This document shows positions 37,977-45,874 of a stretch of 64,000 nucleotides of DNA, one piece after another; the stretch's first letter is position 1, and each line of letters begins with the position of its first letter. A program made the translations under genes and the position numbers. The stretch is taken from contig CAYMJM010000003.1 in assembly GCA_964391325.1 (NCBI GenBank), positions 3,211-67,210 on the forward strand, written 5' to 3'. The notes under the pieces were generated by a model that did not search any database, was not told where the DNA came from, and worked only from the letters and a program-made list of their open reading frames with translations. Source of the DNA: an uncultured Candidatus Saccharibacteria bacterium. Its GTDB lineage: Bacteria; Patescibacteriota; Dojkabacteria; B142; JAFGMG01.

Positions 37977-38387
37977 TTATCCTAGAAGAACAAATAATAG
38001 TACTCCTATTAGGACTAATAGAGCTATGGTCAAACCTAGTAGCAAGAAAAGTCCTTTATTTGATGAAGAAGGTTCTTCTTCTGAGTGCTCTTCTAGTTCT
38101 GGTGTCTCCTCTAGTTCTGTTTGGGATAGGATACCTTCAGGAGGAGTTTTGTGCGGCTGAGTTTCTACTTCAGCATCAGGTTCAATTTGAGTTTCATCTG
38201 TGTCTAAGTCTTGGGCTATATTTACTTCATCTGGATTGGTTTCTACTATTTTTTCACTTTGATCTGTTGTTTGGTCTGGGCTTAAGTCGATATTATCACT
38301 GGGCTCAGGATGAGTAGCCGTAGGCAATGGCTGTGGAGGATCCTGTATAGGATCGGATGGACTGCCTTGATTCTGTGGAGTTGCCAT
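37977..38387 (-). CDS. Acidic, probably disordered protein with C-terminal TM anchor
   Basis: D/E/P/T-rich body followed by LFLLLGLTIALLVLIGVLLFVLLG. Confidence 0.75.
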   Translation of the reverse strand: MATPQNQGSPSDPIQDPPQPLPTATHPEPSDNIDLSPDQTTDQSEKIVETNPDEVNIAQDLDTDETQIEPDAEVETQPHKTPPEGILSQTELEETPELEEHSEEEPSSSNKGLFLLLGLTIALLVLIGVLLFVLLG

Positions 38388-38544
38388 ATACTTAATTTAA
38401 TAATTTTATTGATTACAATATATATATTTTTTTACAACATTACAAGGTTGATAATTTAGTTGAGGATTTCACAAGCATCCCTGTTATGTTAAAATTGCAT
38501 GTTTGAATGGTAGTATTGATTTTTCGAGTTTGAAAATCTAAAAT

Positions 38545-38616
38545 GGCGACGTAGCCAAGTAGTAAGGCAGCGGTCTGCAAAACCGCTATGCGCGGGTGCA
38601 ATTCCCGCCGTCGCCT
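38545..38616 (+). tRNA. tRNA-Cys(GCA)
   Basis: GGCGACG/CGTCGCC acceptor stem, anticodon arm GCGGT-CTGCAAA-ACCGC, U discriminator; CCA not encoded. Confidence 0.93.
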
Positions 38617-38625
38617 TGTCGTTAT

Positions 38626-38710
38626 GCCGGGATGGTGGAATGGTAGACACGCTGGACTTAAAATCCAGTGCCTTTAACCAGGCGTGCGGGTTCGAGTCCC
38701 GCTCCCGGCA
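38626..38710 (+). tRNA. tRNA-Leu(UAA)
   Basis: GCCGGGA/TCCCGGC acceptor stem, CTGGA-CTTAAAA-TCCAG, long variable arm, GTTCGAG; CCA not encoded. Confidence 0.95.
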
Positions 38711-39240
38711 CTTGATCTTCGTGTTTTATCTTTCAGCAAGTGGGATAAAGCGATACCAACAGATACTGCGACATTTAGACTAGAGCCTTTCCCGAGCATT
38801 GGGATAAAAACTGCTGAATCGCATTTATCGAGCACTTTAGGAGAGATGCCGTGAGCCTCGCTTCCTACGATTACAGCTAGCTTCTCTGGGACATCGTAAC
38901 TATATATATTTTCCGACTTATCTGTAATCTCCAATGCTACCATGGTGTATCCTCTTTTCTTTAAAGAAGAAATAATTTCCAATGGATTTTGGTAATACTT
39001 CCAAATAATTCTATTTTCTTTTGACCTTGATACTTTTTTTAGTTCTTTACCAAAAGGTGGAGTTGTTGTTGCCCCTGTAAGATAAATAGCGTTAACTGCC
39101 ATAGCATCAGCTACTCTAAATATCTGAGCCACATTTTTCGCATATTGTAGGCTATCAAGGATAAGAACAATATTTTTCTTACTATGTACTGTATGCTGTC
39201 GCAGAAATCTTTTTAATTCTATTTTCCGTAATTGTTTCAT
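38674..39240 (-). CDS. SpoU/TrmH-family RNA 2'-O-methyltransferase
   Basis: ILD....NVAQIFR.ADA, VGSEAHGI, IPMLG..SSLNVAVS. Confidence 0.9.
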   Translation of the reverse strand: MKQLRKIELKRFLRQHTVHSKKNIVLILDSLQYAKNVAQIFRVADAMAVNAIYLTGATTTPPFGKELKKVSRSKENRIIWKYYQNPLEIISSLKKRGYTMVALEITDKSENIYSYDVPEKLAVIVGSEAHGISPKVLDKCDSAVFIPMLGKGSSLNVAVSVGIALSHLLKDKTRRSSAGSGTRTRTPG

Positions 39241-39330
39241 AAATGGATTTTTAATTTTAATGCTTGTATTATAGTATAAGTAACTGATATTCTTAAAAGT
39301 CTATATTAATTAGCATTATTAAAACTGTCT

Positions 39331-40887
39331 ATGGCCGAGTTCTATAAATATCCTAAACCAATTGTATTAGTAGTGCTTGACGGGGTAGGAGTGGCACCCC
39401 CGGGCCCCGGGAATGCGGTTACACTTGCAAATACTCCAATTCTTGATAGTCTGTGGCCGAAGTATCCTCATGCCTATCTTCAAGCAGCTGGCAGAGCAGT
39501 AGGATTACCTGATGGCGCAGATGGAAATAGCGAGGTTGGTCATATGACATTAGGTACAGGCAAAGTTCTTTTTCAGGATTTACCCAGAATTGAAAATAAG
39601 ATAAAAAGTGGAGAGTTTATACGCAATGAGGAATTAAACAATGCAGTTAAACATGTGAAGAAAAATAAATCAAGTCTTCATGTAATGGGACTGCTAGGAG
39701 ATGGGTTGGTGCATTCAAGCAAGAAGCATTTGTATGAGCTAATTAAGTTGATTGAGCAGTCCGATGTTGATCCAAATAAAGTTTATTTCCATATGTTCCT
39801 AGATGGACGCGACTCCTCTCCGAAAGCTGGGGTCAAATTGGTGCAAGAACTTCAAGAAGAGTTGGAGCGTAAGAAAATAGGACAAGTTGCCAGTATCATA
39901 GGACGGTACTATGCAATGGATAGAGATTTAAGATGGGAGAGGGTAAAGAAAGCGTATGATTTGATTACAAGAGGAATTGGAGAAGAATCTAAAAATATAT
40001 TAAAAACACTACAGGATGCTTATAAAAAAGACCTGACAGATGAATATATGACAGAGTTTGTAATTCCTGACTATGAAGGCAAGAAAGCACGTGTAGGTAC
40101 AGGAGATGGCCTGATTTTCTTTAATTTCAGACCTGACCGCGCGCTACAGATTACTAAAGCATTTGAAGATGAAAAATTCACAGGTTTTAACAGAGAGTTG
40201 ATAAAAGACTTATATTTTGTAGGCTTTACTGATTACAAGCAGGGATTTCCTAAGAAAATTGCATTCCCTCAGGAGAAAGTTACAGATTCTCTGGGAAAAG
40301 TTTTAAGCGAAAATCAATTAACTCAATTAAGGATAGCAGAATCAGAAAAGTTTCCACATGTTACCTATTTTTTTGACGGTGGAAAAAAAATTGTTTACGA
40401 AGGTGAAGAGCAAATTGAGGTTCCTTCTCCCAAAGATGTCGCAACCTATGATCAAGCTCCGAGGATGAGTACTGATAAGCTAATTGAAGTCTTTACTTCA
40501 AAAATGGAGAAAGAAAAGTTTGACTTCGCACTAATTAATGTTGCAGCTCCTGATATGGTAGCGCATACTGGGGTCTTAGATGCTGCCGTTAAGGCTATGG
40601 AGGCGGCAGATGAGGCAGTTGGAAAGATTTTGGAATATGTACTAGGACAGGATGGAGTTGTTCTTATCACGGCTGATCATGGTAATTGTGAAGAATTAGT
40701 AAATATTAGGACCGGTGAGGTGGATACCAAACACTCAACTAATCACGTTCCTTTCGTTGCAGTGAAAAGAGACTTTACTCCTCAGGAACTACAATTAGGA
40801 ATTCTGGCTGATATTGCTCCGACTATTTTGTATTTGTTTGGTATAGAAAAGCCTGATGAAATGACCGGAAGAAATCTGCTAGTCTAG
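39331..40887 (+). CDS. gpmI: 2,3-bisphosphoglycerate-independent phosphoglycerate mutase
   Basis: LDGVG, GNSEVGH, DGRD, GRYYAMDRD, NFRPDR, ESEKFPHVTYFF, DMVAH, TADHGN. Confidence 0.97.
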   Translation: MAEFYKYPKPIVLVVLDGVGVAPPGPGNAVTLANTPILDSLWPKYPHAYLQAAGRAVGLPDGADGNSEVGHMTLGTGKVLFQDLPRIENKIKSGEFIRNEELNNAVKHVKKNKSSLHVMGLLGDGLVHSSKKHLYELIKLIEQSDVDPNKVYFHMFLDGRDSSPKAGVKLVQELQEELERKKIGQVASIIGRYYAMDRDLRWERVKKAYDLITRGIGEESKNILKTLQDAYKKDLTDEYMTEFVIPDYEGKKARVGTGDGLIFFNFRPDRALQITKAFEDEKFTGFNRELIKDLYFVGFTDYKQGFPKKIAFPQEKVTDSLGKVLSENQLTQLRIAESEKFPHVTYFFDGGKKIVYEGEEQIEVPSPKDVATYDQAPRMSTDKLIEVFTSKMEKEKFDFALINVAAPDMVAHTGVLDAAVKAMEAADEAVGKILEYVLGQDGVVLITADHGNCEELVNIRTGEVDTKHSTNHVPFVAVKRDFTPQELQLGILADIAPTILYLFGIEKPDEMTGRNLLV

Positions 40888-40947
40888 CTTTCTTGACCAA
40901 ATCAATAGACTAGTATAGTCTGTAATTAGCAATATTAAATAACTAGA

Positions 40948-41496
40948 ATGAAACTGTTCTTTAGTTTTTTAACAGATTCAGTGTATGTTGTATTTTTCTT
41001 CTTGATAATTTTGGCTGCTTTCATGGCGACTTACGCATTGTCTCCAATTAAGTTCGAAGATTCAATCCTGGGGAAAACAAACCAGCCGATGGGAGTACTA
41101 GGTGACGTAGATGTTCATCGAATTGAATACGTAGAGCTTTACGAAGAGCATAATTATTTCTCAATTGATAGTAACATAGTAGGGAACAATTATTATGCTG
41201 ATTTTAAGATCGGTCCTTACACAGCTGGAGAATTGGAAAAGCCTATCGTGAATATTAAAAATACATCAGCAGCGGGAGCAAACGTAAAAGTTAGTCTAAA
41301 GGCTGCGATATCGGCGGTAGAAGGTCTACAGATGGGATTACGAGTCGGAGATGAGAAGGTTTCTATGCAGAAAGGAGTATTTGAAAGAGAAATATTTCTT
41401 ACGGGAAATACAGAGAAGGAAGTATCTTTTTATACTAATACTTCCAGTGATATAAATTATCCCCTCAGTTTATATCTAGAAATAACACAATTGTAA
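40948..41496 (+). CDS. Hypothetical protein with N-terminal TM helix and beta-rich extracellular part
   Basis: Hydrophobic N-terminus; GVLG motif of the kind common in CPR surface proteins (inference). Confidence 0.7.
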   Translation: MKLFFSFLTDSVYVVFFFLIILAAFMATYALSPIKFEDSILGKTNQPMGVLGDVDVHRIEYVELYEEHNYFSIDSNIVGNNYYADFKIGPYTAGELEKPIVNIKNTSAAGANVKVSLKAAISAVEGLQMGLRVGDEKVSMQKGVFEREIFLTGNTEKEVSFYTNTSSDINYPLSLYLEITQL

Positions 41497-41597
41497 GCAT
41501 TCACCACTTCTTGCAAAGAGTCGTTTTTTATCATAGTATCATATAGGGATCAACTTTCATTTCCTACCTCCACCAGATTAATTATTAATAAATCAAA

Positions 41598-42617
41598 ATG
41601 TCACACATAGGGGCAGAAGAGGGTAGTGCTGGCCAAAGTAGACACTTAATTCCTGGGAGTGAAGTACTCCAAGAGAGCGGTATCAATGAATTTTATGCTG
41701 TCCCTGGGCTGGAGGATGTAGATCCATTACTCAATACTTATGCTAAGGCAGTTGCTGAAAGAATTTTTACATTATCTTTAGAGAATGGCAGGGTCCCCCA
41801 ACTAATAATCCCACTAAATGGAGGTATTTTACCCGCTGTGCATGTTGTCACAGAACTAGCAGCGAGAAGTCAGGAGGATAAAAGTTGGATGGCAATCTAC
41901 GATGCATATACAAGGGCAGGCTTAGACGGTGGCTTATTTAATGTTATTTTTGCTGCAAAGCGTCCTGATGACGCCTATAGTAGAAACCAGCCATATATAC
42001 TGGGTAGAGAAGTTATTGGAGAAAGAAATTTTATTATATTAGACGATATTGCTGATGAGTTAAAGGCTTATGCTGGACTCATTGCAGGGATTAATAACTT
42101 GCCATCTCATCTGCCTGAGGATGTATTTAGTCCAGTAAATCAGGGTTACGCAAATATTGAAATGTTTGCTATTACAAGAAAGGCTTCTACCGCACAAGCA
42201 CCTGGTTACTCTGAAAGGGTGGTAACTATGCATACAATACCAAATGTTGAAGGAGGAGGACCTCCTTGGATCAGGGCTGGTGTTGGAATGAACTCAGGTG
42301 ACGCGCGAGAACCGGATCTTACAGCAAGACAGAGATTGTCTAGAGTGTGTTATTATAGGGAAGGTGAAGATCAGGTGCGGGCTCAGCAGTATGTGGATCA
42401 AGAATTTGAATTCGCAATGCTATGTAATCCAGATAATCTTTGTAGAATCGCCTCGGACCCAAGGGCTACCGTGGTTGGACCAGAGGGAAAAAACATGGGT
42501 TTAATTCAATTGCTAACTGAGGTTGAAGTACTAAGATGTTCAGGTAGCTCAGGGGTAAACCGACAGCTTGGGCTGGCTCAACAGTATTTCGGAGGTGTCT
42601 TACATAATTCACGGTAA
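41598..42617 (+). CDS. Hypothetical protein with type I phosphoribosyltransferase-like motifs
   Basis: LIIPLNGGILPA and FIILDDIADE. Confidence 0.6.
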   Translation: MSHIGAEEGSAGQSRHLIPGSEVLQESGINEFYAVPGLEDVDPLLNTYAKAVAERIFTLSLENGRVPQLIIPLNGGILPAVHVVTELAARSQEDKSWMAIYDAYTRAGLDGGLFNVIFAAKRPDDAYSRNQPYILGREVIGERNFIILDDIADELKAYAGLIAGINNLPSHLPEDVFSPVNQGYANIEMFAITRKASTAQAPGYSERVVTMHTIPNVEGGGPPWIRAGVGMNSGDAREPDLTARQRLSRVCYYREGEDQVRAQQYVDQEFEFAMLCNPDNLCRIASDPRATVVGPEGKNMGLIQLLTEVEVLRCSGSSGVNRQLGLAQQYFGGVLHNSR

Positions 42618-42756
42618 AAATATAGTAGTAGAGTTCAGAAGAGCGGGGTTTCCAGCATCACGCAGGTAGAACCTTTTGATTAATAATATATTTACTGGAG
42701 TGAGATAGAAAATGTTTTGTGTTAGAATAGGTTAATTTAATTGTTATTGTAAATTT

Positions 42757-43212
42757 ATGTCAATTTTTGGTGATCTAAATGAAGCGCAGGTAATAGGTAA
42801 TATGACCCAAGATATAGAAGTGCGTTATACTACGAATGGCAGTGCAGTTGCAAATTTTTCTGTTGCGACAAATAGAAGTTTTCGGAGGCAGGGGAGTGAT
42901 GAGTGGCAAGAAGAAGTAGCTTTCCATAATATTGTTGTCTGGGGGAGCGATGCAGAATCATTGAGCCAAAGAGCCAAAAAAGGAACACGAATATACATTA
43001 AAGGACGGTTGCAGACACGATCCTGGGAAGATCAAGATGGCAAAAAAAACTACAGGACAGAAATTATCGCAGAAAAGATTATCTTACTTGATAGATATGA
43101 AAGGGGCGCTCAGGAGTCTGCTAGTCCAACTTCCAAACAGGTCTCTTCTGAACAAAAGGCAAGTGAGTCCACTTCTTCAGACGAGATTGACCCAGATGAC
43201 TTACCATTTTAA
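42757..43212 (+). CDS. ssb: Single-stranded DNA-binding protein
   Basis: OB fold (IGN..D.E.RYT, FSVATN, GRLQTRSW) and acidic tail DPDDLPF. Confidence 0.96.
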   Translation: MSIFGDLNEAQVIGNMTQDIEVRYTTNGSAVANFSVATNRSFRRQGSDEWQEEVAFHNIVVWGSDAESLSQRAKKGTRIYIKGRLQTRSWEDQDGKKNYRTEIIAEKIILLDRYERGAQESASPTSKQVSSEQKASESTSSDEIDPDDLPF

Positions 43213-43220
43213 AAGTTAAT

Positions 43221-43610
43221 ATGGGCAAGACATTTAAAGAAATGGTAAAAATTATTGATGATTTTTGTGAGCAAAGAAAGTGGGATAATGGCGAGCCTAA
43301 CCATCTTATTTCTTCGATTTATATTGAACTGGGGGAGTTAGCAGAGAACTATCAATGGCAACATAAGTTTAACAAAGAGCTGACAGAAGAAGAAAAGAGG
43401 GTAATTGGGTATGAGTTTGTAGACGTAATTTTTTATCTTTTCCGGCTGGCGTCTAAAACGGGTGTAGATATTGAAAAATACTTCGACGAAAAAGTGCCAA
43501 AACTACAGAAAAAATTCCCGGTAAAGAAAGTGTTAGGTCTGAATAATCAAAGTTTAAGAGAAATCCATGACAAGTATAGAAAAGAAGGTAAGAATAAATT
43601 ATACAGTTAG
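43221..43610 (+). CDS. MazG-like nucleotide pyrophosphohydrolase (dCTPase-like)
   Basis: F.EQR.W, IELGELAE.YQW, EFVDV.FYL. Confidence 0.85.
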   Translation: MGKTFKEMVKIIDDFCEQRKWDNGEPNHLISSIYIELGELAENYQWQHKFNKELTEEEKRVIGYEFVDVIFYLFRLASKTGVDIEKYFDEKVPKLQKKFPVKKVLGLNNQSLREIHDKYRKEGKNKLYS

Positions 43611-43622
43611 TTCCTAAGCTGG

Positions 43623-44162
43623 ATGTTCAAGACTATTTCGCATAAGAAAATTTATCAGAATAGATGGCTTACTTTCTATGCAGACAGCATATCTTTTCCT
43701 AATGGTGCAAAAGGAGTTTATGGCTACGTTGAGAGAAATAGTGGAGTGTCTATTGCAGTCTTGGACAAAAACTATAGCATCCTTCTTATAGAACAATACA
43801 GGTATCCTACTAAAAAGTGTCATATAGAAATTCCTGCTGGTTCTATAATTAAAGGAGAAACTCCAGAACAAGCATGTTTACGTGAGTTAGCTGAAGAAGC
43901 GGGGATTTACGAAATAGAGGAATTGGAATTCTTACAAACATACTATCCTTTGAGCGCACACAGTACTGAAACCCAGAGTCTATTTATGGCTAGGGTTCAG
44001 AGGTTTTCAGAATTTAAGGGAACTGAATTTGATGAAGATATCCAAAGCTACCTAGTCACACCTATTGATAAAGCTTTGAAAATGATAGATATAGGAAAGA
44101 TAGATGATGCAATAACCTCTAATGCAATTCAGCTAGTACATAGAAAGTTGAATAAAAAATAA
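43623..44162 (+). CDS. NUDIX hydrolase (ADP-ribose pyrophosphatase-like)
   Basis: QYRYP, EIPAGSI..GETPEQACLRELAEEAG Nudix box. Confidence 0.92.
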   Translation: MFKTISHKKIYQNRWLTFYADSISFPNGAKGVYGYVERNSGVSIAVLDKNYSILLIEQYRYPTKKCHIEIPAGSIIKGETPEQACLRELAEEAGIYEIEELEFLQTYYPLSAHSTETQSLFMARVQRFSEFKGTEFDEDIQSYLVTPIDKALKMIDIGKIDDAITSNAIQLVHRKLNKK

Positions 44163-44182
44163 ATTTATCATAAAATAAATTG

Positions 44183-44398
44183 GCTTAGAAAAGGAATAGT
44201 AGACATATACAGAGAGCTGTTATGTTCTGAGAGACAGGAAATGTCGAACCTACCTTGGAGCTATCCTGGGAAACTAGGACGCATATCAGCGTTAAGATAT
44301 AATGAGTCTGTTTTAACAGTAAATTAAGGTGGTACCACGAGAAAGCTCGGCCTTATACACTTCATTTTTTGATATGATGTATAAGGCCGAGCTTTTTT
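44183..44398 (+). ncRNA. T-box riboswitch (Pro) upstream of proS
   Basis: AGTA, CAGAGAG, CTGAGA loop, GAA-CCT-A specifier (CCU = Pro, 44249-44251), T-box AAGGTGGTACCACG, long terminator 44342-44398. Confidence 0.92.
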
Positions 44399-44427
44399 CA
44401 TATAATTTAACTTTTAAATGAGGATCT

Positions 44428-45663
44428 ATGAAATACTCACAGCTATTTACCAGAACAGATAAGACTGCTAAAGAGTATGACACTGTTAATGCAACCTTGC
44501 TGGTTAAAGCGGGTTTTGTTAACCAACTTATGGCTGGAGCTTACACGATTTTACCCTTAGGCCTACGGGTATTAAGAAAAATTGAGAACGTAATCAGGAC
44601 CGAAATGAATGAGGCTGGTGGACAGGAAATTCTGATGCCAGCCTTACATCCAGCAGAAAATTGGAAGACCACAGGTGCTTGGGAGAGTGTAGATGTATTA
44701 TTTAAAATCAAGAGTAGAACTGGAAAGGAATACGCTTTGGGTCAAAGCGAAGAGGAGGTAGTTGCTCCCTTGGTGAAGCAGTATGTAAAGTCCTACAAAG
44801 ACCTTCCAGTGGCTGTGTATCAAATACAAAATAAATTTAGAGACGAACTTCGGGCAAAATCGGGTATCTTGAGAGGGCGTGAGTTTGGTATGAAGGATAT
44901 GTATTCATTTCATGAATCTCAACAAGATTTCCTGCGATTTTATGAAGAAATTAAAGAGGCATACAAAAGGATATTTAAGAAGCTTGGTTTAGTAGCTAAG
45001 GTAACTGAAGCTTCTGGGGGTGATTTTTCACAAAAAATTTCTTATGAATTTATGGTACTGACCGATGTAGGTGAAGACGACATTTTATATTGTCCTGAGT
45101 GTGACTTCTGTATAAATCAAGAAATAGCTAGCGATTTAAGGGACTGTAAGAAATGTGCAGCTGAGCTTATAAAAGCTAAAGCAGCAGAAGTGGGGAATGT
45201 TTTCGACTTAGGGCAAAAGTATCCTAAAGATTTCGATTTTACTTATACTGACAGGGATGGGGCAGAAAAATATCCATTTATGGGTTGCTATGGGATTGGC
45301 ACTACACGTGTAATGGGAGTAATTGTGGAGAAGTTTCATGATGACAAAGGTATCATCTGGCCGGAGCAGGTAGCACCTTTTAATGTTCATCTTATATCTT
45401 TGGGAGAGGGTACTGAAATTACCAAGGTTACTCAAAAAATTAATCGGGCTTTTCTTGATGCTGGGATAGAGGTTTTGTGGGACGATCGACAAGATATTAC
45501 TGCTGGAGAGAAATTTGTAGATGCAGACTTAGTAGGTATCCCACATCGTATTGTGGTGAGTGAAAGATCTTTGGAAAAGGGGGGAGTAGAGTATAAAAGC
45601 AGAAACGAGCAGACATCTCACATTTTCCCTAAAGAGGAATTGCTGGCTTTTCTTTTAAAGTAA
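44428..45663 (+). CDS. proS: Proline--tRNA ligase, short form lacking the INS editing domain
   Basis: SYKDLP..YQIQNKFRDE.R.KSG.LRGREF.MKD.YSF, EVGNVF.LG, MGCYGIG; 411 aa. Confidence 0.95.
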   Translation: MKYSQLFTRTDKTAKEYDTVNATLLVKAGFVNQLMAGAYTILPLGLRVLRKIENVIRTEMNEAGGQEILMPALHPAENWKTTGAWESVDVLFKIKSRTGKEYALGQSEEEVVAPLVKQYVKSYKDLPVAVYQIQNKFRDELRAKSGILRGREFGMKDMYSFHESQQDFLRFYEEIKEAYKRIFKKLGLVAKVTEASGGDFSQKISYEFMVLTDVGEDDILYCPECDFCINQEIASDLRDCKKCAAELIKAKAAEVGNVFDLGQKYPKDFDFTYTDRDGAEKYPFMGCYGIGTTRVMGVIVEKFHDDKGIIWPEQVAPFNVHLISLGEGTEITKVTQKINRAFLDAGIEVLWDDRQDITAGEKFVDADLVGIPHRIVVSERSLEKGGVEYKSRNEQTSHIFPKEELLAFLLK

Positions 45664-45697
45664 CTGTTATTTAGTGTAATTTTTATATATAATATTA

Positions 45698-45845
45698 TCA
45701 AGAGATTGAGCTGTGCAGTGAAAGGTTCAAGTATTCTTGTGACGTATAAAAGCATTTTAATTAAAAAAGTAAAAATAGAGGTGGCACCGACCTTAATTTA
45801 AGTATTTAAGGGCCCTCCAGATCATTGATCTTGGGGGTCTTTTTG
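45698..45845 (+). ncRNA. Compact T-box riboswitch (Asp) upstream of aspS
   Basis: T-box AATAGAGGTGGCACCGAC, antiterminator partner GCCCTC, terminator GGCCCTCCAGATC/GATCTTGGGGGTC followed by a T run; candidate specifier GAC at 45741. Confidence 0.75.
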
Positions 45846-45874
45846 TTTTTTATTTTTTATTTATCTAATATAGC

